64,000 nucleotides of DNA from Candidatus Uhrbacteria bacterium (GTDB taxonomy: Bacteria; Patescibacteriota; Patescibacteriia; UBA9934; GWF2-40-263): the NCBI GenBank assembly GCA_026395055.1, contig JAPLZK010000004.1:273891-337890 (forward strand), read 5' to 3'. Under the pieces are notes generated by a model. That model searched no databases, had not been told where the DNA came from, and worked only from the letters and a program-made list of their open reading frames with translations. How positions within the stretch are numbered: the first letter of the stretch is position 1; each line of letters opens with the position of its first letter. This document shows, one piece after another, positions 47,676-60,600 of the stretch. The translations under genes were made by a program, and so were the position numbers.

Positions 47676-48329
47676 CTAGGGGAGATTGATCGGAGTGGCT
47701 GAGGTGCTCGGCGGCAGGTTGAACTCGCGGAGGAAATCCGCAAATGTGCCGGTGCCGCATTCGACCCAGAGATCGTTTGCGGTCGCGACATGAATCCACC
47801 AACCCGGTGCACGTTTCATCTGGAAGAAATGGAACGCATCCAGATTCAATCCGTAATGCTCCATGCAACGCTTGTCTGCTTCAGTCGCATGGTGATTGCT
47901 GACCGCACGGAAGAGGACGAATTGCGGGAGGTGCGAGCGAATGGGATTCATGAGCATGCCCGCGTACGTGATTGCGAGCACACCGTGTCGGATTTTGTCG
48001 TTGTGCGGGAGGAACCAGTACAGGTACTCCACGAGCACTGCCATGGTTTCGGCGTTGCCTTCGAACGTGGTCGTGATCGTTTTGGTGTTGTGCCACCCTT
48101 GTTTTCCGTTGTGGGTGGCAAAGAACGAAGTGCTCGAATGTGCCGGTTGCGTGTGGGTGATGATGATCTTCGTGTCCGTGACGAGATCGACCACACACGT
48201 ATGCCATGCCAGCAGATAGTGCAGGTGATCGAATGCGTCTTGAATCGAAAAGGTCCGTTCGTCTCGTTGATGGACGGTTCCTTCGAAATGGAATCCTTCC
48301 TGGGTACGAACCGTGCGATCTTTGAACAT
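47676..48329 (-). CDS. Hypothetical protein
   Basis: AAGGAGG SD; promoter TTGACA-17-TATTCT at 48381-48409. Confidence 0.75.
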   Translation of the reverse strand: MFKDRTVRTQEGFHFEGTVHQRDERTFSIQDAFDHLHYLLAWHTCVVDLVTDTKIIITHTQPAHSSTSFFATHNGKQGWHNTKTITTTFEGNAETMAVLVEYLYWFLPHNDKIRHGVLAITYAGMLMNPIRSHLPQFVLFRAVSNHHATEADKRCMEHYGLNLDAFHFFQMKRAPGWWIHVATANDLWVECGTGTFADFLREFNLPPSTSATPINLP

Positions 48330-48469
48330 TTGTCTACTCCTCCTTGATTTTTGGGACAAAAGGACACTAGGAAACGGAGAAGAATATCATTAAAATGGGA
48401 TTTTGTCAATGGATTGGCTTTAAACTTGGCTGTTTATCGCAAAAAAACCTCACATCTTGCGATGTGAGG

Positions 48470-49804
48470 TTAGGGAATGGACTTCAGTGCCTGATCGAAG
48501 CGTTCGATCGCGGCAATCGTGATTGACGGGTCTTGGGCGTAGGAGAAGCGGATGAAGTTTGGCTGGAGGAACGGAGTGCCGTGTACGACCGCGACTCCGT
48601 GCTCGCAAGCAAGGAAACTGCCGAGGTCTTTGACGGTTTCAATGTGCGTGGTCGTGTGTGCGAGCGCGCCATTGAAGAATTGATCTGGACGCAGAGCGCG
48701 ACCGAGCCATTTGCTTACGTCGACAAAGGCGTAGTAGCCCTGGTCAGCGATGAAGCTGTAGTTGCACGCGGTCATTTCCGTGCGGAAAATCTTGCGACTT
48801 TCCGATGTTGGCTGGGTAATACGTTTCACCCAAGGGTGACTGCGCACGTCTGTGCTTGAGTACACGTAAAACGCACAGGCTTCCGCAAGGACATTGGGCA
48901 ACACGGTGTGTGAGGCAATCCCTTGAATGGATTTTGCGAACGCTTCCGTGCCACATGCAAGGTGTGCCATGCGAACATTGCTTGCGCCAACGGACTTTGT
49001 GAGTCCATCAAGGAGTGTCACACACGCACGATCCTCTTCAGAAAAGCACGACAGAATCTCCGCCCAGTCATAGAGCGGAACGGTATCGTCGATCACGAGT
49101 TGGTACATGAGGTCGATCAGAATGTGCTTGATGCCGTGAAATCGCGCCCGTTGAATGAGAGCTTTGATTTCCTCTGGCGTGTACCAGGTTCCGGTTGGGT
49201 TGTCTGGTGTGGTGATGATGATCGCGTCCGCTTGGCCGCAAAGGCCCATGGCTTCCGTGATGCCGTCAGGTGTCATGCGAAGATCCGTCTTGCTTTGCGC
49301 GGGAGCACAAAGGAGATTGAATCCGTTCACGTAACTACCATGCGCGTAAGAGATCCACGGCGCCGCAGAGGCGATGACTGTCAGACCAATCTTGCCCGTG
49401 CTCATGCAAATGGCCTGATACCATTTTTGAAGCGCATCACGTCCACCATCGCAGACGATGATCTGTTCGATCGAATGGCGAATCTTGTCGAGGTGCCAAT
49501 AGTTTTCGAGGAGAACACCACGAACACGCGGATCTCCATGAGGTTTTCCGTACGCGGTCGTTTGATGTTCGGGCAGAAACATGAGAAGCGCATTTGCAAG
49601 TTCGTCTCGCAAAACGCCGCCGAGCGTTGCTCCGCCGTCGCCTTGCGAGGCGTCAAAGATGCGTGTGCCCGGATGCTGACGCAAATAGACGTCGAGCTCT
49701 GCTTTGATGAGAAACATGTTGGAAGTCGGGATCTGCCGCAGAAAGGCTGTAGCAGATTTGATCCGAGCTTTTTCTGAATCGAACCAACGTGCGAGCTGTG
49801 ACAT
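48470..49804 (-). CDS. Class I/II PLP-dependent aminotransferase
   Basis: PDNPTG, IDLMY, DGLTKS (PLP lysine), IRFSYA. Confidence 0.88.
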   Translation of the reverse strand: MSQLARWFDSEKARIKSATAFLRQIPTSNMFLIKAELDVYLRQHPGTRIFDASQGDGGATLGGVLRDELANALLMFLPEHQTTAYGKPHGDPRVRGVLLENYWHLDKIRHSIEQIIVCDGGRDALQKWYQAICMSTGKIGLTVIASAAPWISYAHGSYVNGFNLLCAPAQSKTDLRMTPDGITEAMGLCGQADAIIITTPDNPTGTWYTPEEIKALIQRARFHGIKHILIDLMYQLVIDDTVPLYDWAEILSCFSEEDRACVTLLDGLTKSVGASNVRMAHLACGTEAFAKSIQGIASHTVLPNVLAEACAFYVYSSTDVRSHPWVKRITQPTSESRKIFRTEMTACNYSFIADQGYYAFVDVSKWLGRALRPDQFFNGALAHTTTHIETVKDLGSFLACEHGVAVVHGTPFLQPNFIRFSYAQDPSITIAAIERFDQALKSIP

Positions 49805-49945
49805 GAGAGATTCCTTTGTGTGCTTCGAGAGATGAAGCGCGACAACTATAATAAGGTTGTGAACATTTGTCCACAGGGATACCTCAACTCTTCTTCTTGC
49901 AAAAAAAGAGAGTATACTGTTGGTAACATTGATTTATATTGATAT

Positions 49946-50341
49946 ATGTTTGGAAAAAAGAATACGAAAAAAAAGAAACAGGCAAATATCATGATTGTAG
50001 AAGACGACGCTCTCTTATGTCGTGCTCTTGCGGCGGCCTTTTCCGGAGAAGGGTTTCAAACAGAATGTGTTGGAAATGGATTAGAAGTTGAAGAAGCAGT
50101 AAAAAAACAAGCACCAGATCTTATCTTGCTCGATCTTATTTTGCCGGGACTAGACGGTTTTGCTGTTTTGAAACAATTAAAGTCAGAAACAAAAACGGCT
50201 TCCATTCCTGTTGTGATTATTTCAAACCTAGGTTCCGCGGCAGACGTAAAGTCCGCAAAGTCTCTTGGAGCAGAAGCGTATTTCATTAAAGCCAATTCAG
50301 AAATTTCTCAAATCATTGATTACGTAAAAAACCTTCTTTAA
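49946..50341 (+). CDS. Single-domain response regulator
   Basis: IVEDD, LLDLILPGLDG, YFIK. Confidence 0.93.
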   Translation: MFGKKNTKKKKQANIMIVEDDALLCRALAAAFSGEGFQTECVGNGLEVEEAVKKQAPDLILLDLILPGLDGFAVLKQLKSETKTASIPVVIISNLGSAADVKSAKSLGAEAYFIKANSEISQIIDYVKNLL

Positions 50342-50347
50342 ACGTGT

Positions 50348-50725
50348 ATGGCAAAAAAAAAGAAACTTATTTTGATTGTCGAAGATGACGAAGTTATTTT
50401 GCGTGCCTTGTATTTAAGTTTTCATGAAGGGGATTTTACGATTGCGACCGCAACAGACGGAGCGTCTGCACTTACCATGACACAACGCATGAAACCAGAT
50501 TTGGTTCTCTTAGATCTTGTTCTGCCTAAAATGTCTGGTTTTGATTATTTGAAAGACATGAAAGCAGATCCTGCAACAAAAGCCATCCCCGTTATCGTTC
50601 TTTCAAATCTTGGTGTGCAAGACAATAAAGAAAAAGCGATGGGGTTGGGTGCAATAGATTATTTTGTGAAGTCAGATACAGATTTGTCTGCACTGGTGCA
50701 AAAAGCAAAAAATATCTTAGCTTGA
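50348..50725 (+). CDS. Single-domain response regulator
   Basis: IVEDD, LLDLVLPKMSG, YFVK. Confidence 0.93.
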   Translation: MAKKKKLILIVEDDEVILRALYLSFHEGDFTIATATDGASALTMTQRMKPDLVLLDLVLPKMSGFDYLKDMKADPATKAIPVIVLSNLGVQDNKEKAMGLGAIDYFVKSDTDLSALVQKAKNILA

Positions 50726-50742
50726 TTCATTAGCGTTTATTT

Positions 50743-51570
50743 GTGAGAACAGCTTGGCTCAATTTGATCTTGAGATTATCGAATCAGATTTTCCAGCGAA
50801 AGCAAGTATTGGTTGGACAGGAAGGATTACAGATTGTGGGAAACATTGTTTCCCTCATTGTGTTAGAAATGATTCTGGCAATTGTTTCGTTTCCACTGTA
50901 CCTGAGTGTGGCATCACAAAACGTAACGGCGTTTCTGGAAGAGCGGGGGGCTTATGCAAAAGTTTCGTTCGATTATAAGCTGCGTCGTATTTTGACGCTT
51001 ACAGGTGTTGCCATTATTGCAGCTGTTTGGGCATTGAAACTCGCATTAATTTTACTTGTTCCAACGGTTTTTGGCCCACTTCAGCTTTATCATGTCACAA
51101 ATTTGCGTCCACCAGATCTTTCTGCACAAGAACAACAGGTTATTTTAGAAGAAGCGGGTATTCAAAATGCACGTGCCGTACAAAGTTTGCAAAAGCCGTT
51201 GTTTGAAGGGGTAAAGCGAACATCCGGAAAAGATTTTGCCTTTTATGGAACGGGTGCGCCTAACACCACGCTCGTCTTGTTTTTAACAGATGCGCAAACC
51301 GCTCTATATACAGGAACGGTTGATGCAAAGGGGCAATGGAGTATTGCAAATGAGCAAAAGAAATTCGCTTTGAGTGAAGGGAATCACTCTCTCTCCGCCT
51401 TTAGCTACAACAAAGGAGACGGAACACGTAGTGATTTTGCGGATACACAATATTTCAAAGTTAAAACGACGTGGGCAGATATGCTTGTGAGAAACGTAGA
51501 TGTTCTTGCAAACTGGTCTGTGGTGATTTTGATTGTTCTTGGTGCGTTCTTGGTTTTTCTTACTATTTAG
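50743..51570 (+). CDS. Membrane protein with one Ig-like domain; short homolog of the downstream giant protein
   Basis: Two N-terminal TM helices, GTGAPN..G.W..L.EG.H, C-terminal TM helix. Confidence 0.8.
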   Translation: MRTAWLNLILRLSNQIFQRKQVLVGQEGLQIVGNIVSLIVLEMILAIVSFPLYLSVASQNVTAFLEERGAYAKVSFDYKLRRILTLTGVAIIAAVWALKLALILLVPTVFGPLQLYHVTNLRPPDLSAQEQQVILEEAGIQNARAVQSLQKPLFEGVKRTSGKDFAFYGTGAPNTTLVLFLTDAQTALYTGTVDAKGQWSIANEQKKFALSEGNHSLSAFSYNKGDGTRSDFADTQYFKVKTTWADMLVRNVDVLANWSVVILIVLGAFLVFLTI

Positions 51571-51654
51571 ACAATGATTTCTCATAAATATTTTACCCAT
51601 TTGAGGTGTATCGACATATAGCATTGCCGAAACAGTTCTCATATATCTTTATAT

Positions 51655-54600
51655 ATGAATCGTTCTTGGCTCAATTTTTATCTTCGATGTTCTGGTTTTG
51701 TTTTTAACTTGAAACAAAAAGTCGTCCAGTCAGAAAATTGGATCGTAATTTTACCGTCAGCGATTTTATTGATTGGATCTGAATGTGTTTTATCTCTAAC
51801 GTCATTGCCGCTTTTTTTGTTGGTTTCTCCAGACTCGGTGCAAGAGTCTGGTCTTTTTTTTCCAAAAAAATTGAAAGATAAAAGCGCGTACCAATCATTT
51901 ATGGTGCGACGCAAGATTAGTTTGTTTACGGCAGGTGGAGCGGGCGGAATTTATATCTTGAAGCTATTGATTGTTGGAATTGTCTCCGCCTATTTGTTGG
52001 GAGCAACACCACTTCTTGCCGCTATTCAAAACTGGGATCTCTCAACCGCAGGAAATTATACCTATGATTCTGCAAAGGTGGAGGTGACGGGGGGAGTTGC
52101 ACGGCTAAAAGATTTAGGAAGTTCTGCAAGTGGATCGACTGCAAATAGCAATTTTACTTCGAACTCGACGGGGTGGACGTATGTTCCAAACTGGATTCAT
52201 GGGGGAGGTGGATCAAATTCGGGAAATTATCATGCGGCGAGCGGAAATCCTGGTGGGTATATTGATCTTGATGAGGATGCGCAAAAAAGCAAAACAGAAG
52301 CGTCTTATTGGTATCAGTCATTTGCGACAACAGTAAACTCTCCAGACACAGCAACGATTAGTTTGGATTGGGCGAGCCTAACTGTTGGAACCCTTGCTTC
52401 AACGTATAAGATTTATGTTTTTATTGATACGACAAGTGGAAATCCAACCGTGGGTCAAGAAGTTTGGTCGAGTCCAGAAATTACAAGCACAACACCTTGG
52501 GCAAGTGTGGCACCAATCAGTATTACCGCAAAAGTTCCAACAGCTGGAATGTATTATCTGAAGATCGCTTCAAGAATTTCGCGTACAGCAAGCGGATCGC
52601 TTCGTGAGCATAACGTGACAGGTTGGGACAACGTGATTGTGAACTGGTCAAAGACCACACACAGTTATGATACAAGTTCGCCAACGATCACTCCAACAAC
52701 ATCCCTTACATTGACCGGGACAAAAAGTTGGAATCATTTCACGGAAACATCCACGTTGAATGGCGGATCCATCAATTATCAACTCTCGAGTGATGATGGT
52801 GTGACATGGCAGTATTGGAATGGATCGGCGTGGGCGACGGCAGGCGGTTCGAATGACAATGCCGCGACGGTTGTTGATGCACATATTGCAACGTTTACAA
52901 AAGCCACCAACAAAATAAAATGGAAAGCGTTTCTCACAAGCAGTGGAACACAGCAAGTGATTCTTGATAACGTTGCCGTTGATTACACCGACAACGCATT
53001 GCCGGTCATTTCGAGTGTTTCGCCTGCACAGAGTATAAGTACGGGGCGTGTAGTAATTCCGTACACGTTGACCGATGCGGATAGTGACCCTGCAACATTG
53101 TCGACGTATGAGTATTCACTTACAGGTGCATTCACAGGGGAACAAGTTACGATGACAGCGGCAACAGGGGATCCGTCACATAGCGGAATCTCAGGTCTTA
53201 CGTCATCGCCTGGCGGAACCGCACACACATTTGTTTGGGATGCATTTTCTCAACTCGGTGCGGTATACAACACAACGGTGTATGTCCGATTACGTGCGAA
53301 TGATGGCGTAGGAAATAGTTCTTATGCGGCATCAAGTGTATTCACAGTTGATTATGTGAATCCGGTTGTGTCGAGCGTAACAGCTGCGCAAACGCTTGGA
53401 TCCACAAACGTATCCATTACATATACATTGGCCGACAATACATCGGATAATCTTTTGGTTGAGGTGCAGGCTTCGAGTGATAATGGCGTGACGTGGACCG
53501 TTCCTATTACATCCGTCACGGGTGCTGTTGGTGCAGGACAGTCGACGGGCACAGGAAAAACCATCACGTGGAATGCGGGAACGGATTACACATCGCACGA
53601 ATTAAGCACGATGAAAATTCAGGTGCGTGCAAAAGATAAATACCAAAATCAGGGTTCCTACGTTGCAAGTTCTGCGTTCGCTCTTGATACGCGTGCTGCG
53701 GCTGTGTCAGCGCAGGTGAATCTTCAAGCACAACCAAACGCGGGAGACACTACAGCTCTTCTTGGGGGATCATTCACAGAGATCAATCCAAACACAAATG
53801 ATTTCTACGTTGCTATTGATGGTGGTGCGTACGGAACATCGACTGCGGGAACGGTGAATACCGCATCGCCCGCAAACCAAGCGACGGCTGTTGGTTCAAC
53901 ACTTAGTGGACATGATTACATTTCAAACGTAAAAATTATTCACACAGACGATTTTGGAAACGTGACGTCAAATGAAAATACGTTGCCATCCACTTTGTTT
54001 AAATATGTAAAACCGTACACGCCACTCGCGCCAACACTCTCAAGTCCTCTCACAACGCAATTGAATGTTGTTGTAAATCCAAATGCAAGTGAAGCGTCGG
54101 ATGTTGAGTATGCGATTAATGAAACGAGTACGGGAAAATTCGTCCAAGCAAATGGAACGCTCGGAGCAAGTGCTGTTTGGCAAACAACCGCCGTTTGGGG
54201 AACAAAAATTGTCACGGGACTTTCGTCACCCGTTGCGAATTACATTTTCAAAGTAAAATCACGAAATCCAAACGACGCAGGACATGCAGCTTCTTCTGAG
54301 TCTGCGTATTCGCCAACCGCTCAGATCTCGAACACAGCTCCATCGATTACGCTTGGTTCTATTTCACAAACAACGGATGGAACAAAATATGTCACCATTA
54401 ATTACACGGGAACGGATGTACAAGGAGATATAAACAGTTTGACGGTGTACGAATATTCTCGTGATAACGCAACATGGCACACCATGACAGAAAAGTCTGG
54501 TGTTGGCTCGGAAGGAACTTCGAATCTAACATTTCTTTCTGGAGGAAGTTCCCATAATTTTAAATGGGATATAGGAACAGATCTCGCGGGTGTTGAGGAT

Positions 54601-57600
54601 GCGACGGTGTATGTTCGATTGCGTTCCTCGGATACGCTCGCAACAAGCACATTCACGACTTCATCTGCATTCGAGATCGACACGACTCTTCCTGTTGTCT
54701 CGAGTGTTTCCGCTTCACAAAATTCCGGTGCGCGAATGGTGACGGTTACCTATACATTAACCGATGCGAATAATTCGCTCGTCGATATTGGTATATCAAA
54801 TGACGGCGGATCGACTTGGGCTGTTGCAACAACCACAGCGAGTGGTCACATTGGATCTGGTGTCACACCAGGATCAAAAACAATCACTTGGAATGCAGGA
54901 ACGGATTTTAATACGCAATACAACACAAGCATGCAAGTGCGCGTGCGCGCACGAGATACATTTGGCAATCAAGGAGTTTACGCCTCAACGAGCAGCTTTA
55001 CCGTCGACACACATGCTCCGTCTGTTGCAAACGTAACAGCGGTTCAAGATTCTGGCGCGGACACATTCACATTTCATTACGATGTAAGTGAAGATGCGGG
55101 AAACGTCATGGTTGGTCTTGAAGTCTCGAATGATGGTGGTTCAACATGGGCCACGCCCGTTACGAGTGCGGCGGGAGATATAGGAAGTGGCATCTCGAGC
55201 GGAACAGGAAAAACAATTACCTGGAATGCGGGAACAGATTATAATGGTCACGAAAAAACAACCATGAAGATTCGTGTGACCGCAACAGATGCGTATTCGA
55301 ACACCTCAAATACAAGCTCATCGAACTTCGATCTTGACTCACTTGCTCCACGCGTGACAAGTGTTGCGGCTGTACAAATACTGGGTACAACGAATGTTTC
55401 CATTACGTATACGCTCGCAGATCAAAATAGCTCCCTTGTCGAGATGGATATTTCGAATGACGCAGGTTCAACGTGGACCGTAACGAATACATCGGTCACG
55501 GGAGATATCGGAAGTAGTATTTCGAGTGGAAGTAAAACAATCACCTGGAACGCGGGAGCGGATTACGATGAGCATGCGCAAGCAAACATGCGTGTTCGCG
55601 TGCGTGCGAAAGATATCTTCAATCATCAAAGCGCAAACACGCAATCTGTCAATTACGCACTCGATACGTTGAATCCAGCAACAAATGTAATAGTGGATTT
55701 GCAAGCACAACCAAACGCGGGTGCAACAACTGTTTCCGTCGGCGGATCATTTACAGAAACAAATCCAAACACAAATGATTTTTATGTGGCGATCGACGGA
55801 GGAGATTATGGATCTGTATCTGCAGGAGATACGAATACGGCGTCCCCCTCCAATCATGCAACCTCTGTTGGGGGAACGCTCGACGGAAATGATTACATCT
55901 CAAAGGTGAAGATGGTACACGCGGATGATTATGGACAATCCGTAACAAACGAAAACACTTCGCCTTCTTTTCAATATGTAAAGCCATACACACCTGCAAC
56001 ACCAACCGTTTCTAATCCAACACACGGAACCGTTGATGTCACGGTCACAAAAAATGCGCTTGAAACAGATGGCCTTGAGTACGCAATTTTCGAGACGACA
56101 CAAAATACATATGTCCAAGCAGATGGATCTCTCGACGCAGGTGCGGTTTGGCGCACAACCACGGCATGGGGAACGGAAACGGTACATGGACTTACAAATG
56201 CTTCTTACACCTATCAATTCAAAGTAAAATCACGCAATACCTCTGACGGATTACACGCAGCCTCAAGCGAAAGTGCGCTTTCTGGTGGCGCGTCTTCCGC
56301 AAATCAATCGCCTTCCATTGCGTTGAATACGGTTGCCGAGACCATGGATGCAACAAAGTATGTCACGATCGCCTATACCGGTTCAGATCTCGAGAGTGAA
56401 TCTTCAGCTATTATCACGGCTCAATACTCTCGAGACAACGCGGCGTGGCACACGATGACAGAAAAGTCTGGAGTTGGATCAGATGGAACAACCGGACTCG
56501 CGTTTGCGTATATGGGAACGTCGCATCATTTCATGTGGGACGTTGGAACGGACCTTGCAAATACAGAGGACACAACAACGTATATTCGTCTGCAAGCAAA
56601 TGATGGAACATCAAGTGGATCTGTCGTGACATCGGATGCATTCACGATTGATACAAAGAATCCTGTTGTCTCGAGTGTGGCAGCTGTACAACAAGGCGGA
56701 TCAAACAATGTTATTTTCACCTACACATTAACCGATGCATCTTCAAGTTCGGTTGCACTTGATGTTTCAGATGATGCAGGACTCACGTGGGTGGTTGCAC
56801 AGACAACAACCACAGGGGATGTTGGAGCAAATATTTCCGCAGGCTCGGGAAAATCTATTACTTGGAATCCCGGTGTTGATTTCAGCGGACAAGAACAATC
56901 GGATTTGCGTGTGCGCATTCGGGCAACAGATGATTTTGGAAACGCGGGAGCAAATGCGTCATCTGCAAACTTTACGATCGACACAGAATCACCTCGTATT
57001 TCAAACGTAACAGCCTCACAAGATAGTGGATTAAATACTGTTACGATCCATTACGATATTGCGGATGCAAACACATCGGATGTTGCGATGGATATTTCGG
57101 AAGATAATGGATTAACATGGGGAGTTGCAAAGACGACACTTGCTGGCGCGATCGGCAGCGGCATCTCGACTGGCACAAACAAAACGGTTACATGGAATGC
57201 GGCCACGGATTTTCCAAATCGTGAACAATCCGGAATGATGATTCGTGTTCATGCAACAGATACACATAACAACTTGAGCGGAGACGTTTCTTCCTCTTCA
57301 TTTGGTGTCGACACGCTCGCGCCCGTTATCTCGAACGTTGTTGCTTCACAAACACTCGGATCAAACAATGTAGTCTTCACCTACGATCTATCGGATAGTG
57401 GATCGGTGAACGTTGCACTCGACATCTCGAGTAACAGCGGTTCAACATGGGTTGTGATAGATACATCTGTTACAGGAGCTGTTGGGGCAGGGCAGACAAC
57501 AGGTACATCAAAAACAATCACATGGAACGCAGGAACAGATGCATCAAACACAGATCTTTCCACCATGCGGGTTCGTGTTCGCGGAACAGACGGATTCAAT

Positions 57601-60600
57601 AATGCAAGTTCGAATGTTGAATCATCAGACTTTTTGCTCGATACAAAATCTCCTGTTGTGTTAACCGTGGCAGATTTGGTTTCACAGCCCGTTGCGGGAA
57701 GTTCTGCCGCAACCGTGATCGGATCATTTACAGAAACAAACCCAAACACAAATGATTTCTATGTTGCGATTGATGGCGGAGCCTATAGTCCTGTTTCTGG
57801 TGGAGATGTAAATACGGCATCACCTTCAGGTCACGTCACGCCAATAGGTGCAACGCTTGATGGAAATGATTACATCTCAAAAGTTAAGATTGTTCACACG
57901 GATGATTATGGTCATAGTGTGACAAGTGAGAATACAACGCCTTCCATATCATTTAAATACGTAAAGCCGTACACGCCACAAGCTCCAGGCGTCACGAATC
58001 CACACAACACGACTGTTGATCTCGTTTCCGTGCCAAATGCCGCAGAAACTTCCGGACTTGAGTACGCGATTTACGAAACATCTACATCCAAGTTCGTTCA
58101 AGCAGATGGATCTCTGAGTACGGGTGCTGTATGGCGTACATCCGTTGCATGGGGAACAACAACGGTAACAGGACTTTCCTCGCCCGTTGCGCACTATCAC
58201 TTTGAAGAAAAATCTCGTAACACATCTGATGCGGCACACGCCGTGTCGAGTGAAAGTGATCTGTCTGCCTCAGGATCAATCACAAACTCCGCACCGGTTG
58301 TTTCTATCACGAGTGCTTCACAACAAACTGCATCCAACTACGCATTGATTCAGTACACAGGAACAGATGCGCAGAATGATACAAACAGTCTGACAACATT
58401 TGAGTATTCCACAGACAATTCTGCGTGGCATACCATGACAGAAAAAGCAGGAGTGGGTTCTGATGGAACATCTGGTCTCATCTTTGCTTCTGCGGGAACG
58501 GCTTATACATTTGCTTGGGATATTGCGACAGATCTTCCAAACACAGGAGATCCAACGGTATACGTTCGATTGCAATCAAGTGACACGCTTGCAAGTAGTA
58601 ACATGGAAGCATCTTCTGCGTTTGCCATCGATACGCTCGGTCCGGTTATTTCAAACATTCTTACGAGCCAAATACCAGGAACAAATCTTCTCACGTTTAC
58701 GTACGATTTGGCTGACAGCACTGCGGCAAACAACACCGTTTCGTTGCTGATCTCCTCGGACAGCGGACTGACATGGTCTGTTCCAACAACAACCCTTGTG
58801 GGTGATGTTGGTTCCTCAGTCTCTGCAGGACTTTCTCGAACCGTCACATGGAATGCGGGAACAGATTTCAACAATCAGGAACATTCAACCATGCGTATTC
58901 AGATTCAGGGAACAGATGTGTATGGAAATGCAGGGTCTGCGGTAAGTTCATCAAATTTTACCGTGGATACAAAGGGAGCAGTTGTTTCTGGCGTGACCGC
59001 TGCGCAAGTTGATGGATCAAATACTATCCAAGTGGATTACACATTGAGCGATCTTTCTTCTGGTGGACTTCTTGTAGAGTTCAGTGCGTCGTCGGATAAC
59101 GGATCAACATGGACCGTTCCGGTAAACACGTACACAGGTGAAATGGGAGCCGGACAAACAACAGGAACAAAACAATTTATCTGGAACGCGGGAGTAGATT
59201 TTGCGAACGAAGCACATGCAAACATGAAGGTGCGCGTTCGTGCACTCGACTATTACGGCGATCAAGGTGGATTCACTTCTTCCTCCGCATTTGCTCTTGA
59301 TACAAAAGCTTCCGTTGTCTCGAATGTAACCGCTTCACAAAACAGTGGAGCGCGAACGGTCGCGATCTCGTACGATCTTGCGGATGACACATCTTCCAAT
59401 CTCACAACCGAATTACAAATTTCAGAAGACAACGGAATCAGTTGGACAGTCATTCAGAGTTCTGTAACCGGTGCTGTTGGATCTGGAATCTCAACCGGTT
59501 CTGGAAAAACTATCACATGGGACGCGGGAACAGATTTCAATGGTCAGTTCCAATCAGATATGAAGGTCAGAGTACGTGCGATGGATCGATTCATAAATCA
59601 AGGTGATTATGCCGCATCATCTGCATTCACGGTTGATACAGCGAATCCAGTTGTTTCGAACGTCACAGCTTCGCAAAATACAGGATCAGATCTCGTGACG
59701 ATGCACTATGATCTTGCAGATGGAAGCTCAACGAATCTTACGATAGCTCTTGAGATTTCCTCTGACGGCGGATCAACATGGATCGTCCCAACAACTTCGG
59801 CAACAGGTCATGTTGGATCTGGAATCTCGACCGGTACAGCAAAGACCATCACATGGAATGCGGGAACAGATTTCAATAATCAAGAAATTTCCAATCTGCG
59901 TGTTCAGGTGAAAGCAACTGATCGATTTACAAATGCAGGAAGCTTTGTAAGCTCATCAAATGTAGCGATCGATACAAAAGCTCCGATTACTCTCGCAACC
60001 ACAGATTTGAGTGCGCAACCAAATGCGGGTGATACATTCGTCCTTGTCAGTGGAAGTTTCACAGAATCGCATCCAGACACAAATGACGTCTCGGTTGCGA
60101 TTGATGGAGGAGCATATTACTTACCGTCTGGACTAGACGGAACAGCAAGCGTGACAAACCAAGGTGTTGGAACGGGCGCAACTCTTCGCGGAAACGATTA
60201 CATCTCCAAAGCAAAAATTGTTCACACAGATGTGTTTAATCATGGTGGAACAAATGAGAACACAGCGCTCTCTGCTGCGTTTAAATACGTGAAGCCATAT
60301 ACACCACAACCGTTAACTGTCGAGAATGCGACCGCAAACTCGGTTGATGTAACCGTGAATAAGAATCCGGCGGAAGTTTCCGGACTCGAGTATGCGATCT
60401 TTGAATCGACGACCTCGAAGTACGTCCAAGCAGATGGATCTCTTAATACGAGTGCCGTGTGGCAAACAGGAGCGGTCTGGTCAACGAAAACGGTGAGTGG
60501 ACTTAGTTCTCCGGTTTCAAATTACCTATTTAAGGCAAAATCACGTAATTCTGCGGATGCAGGTCATGCCATCTCGAGTGAAAGCGCTCTTTCATCTGGC

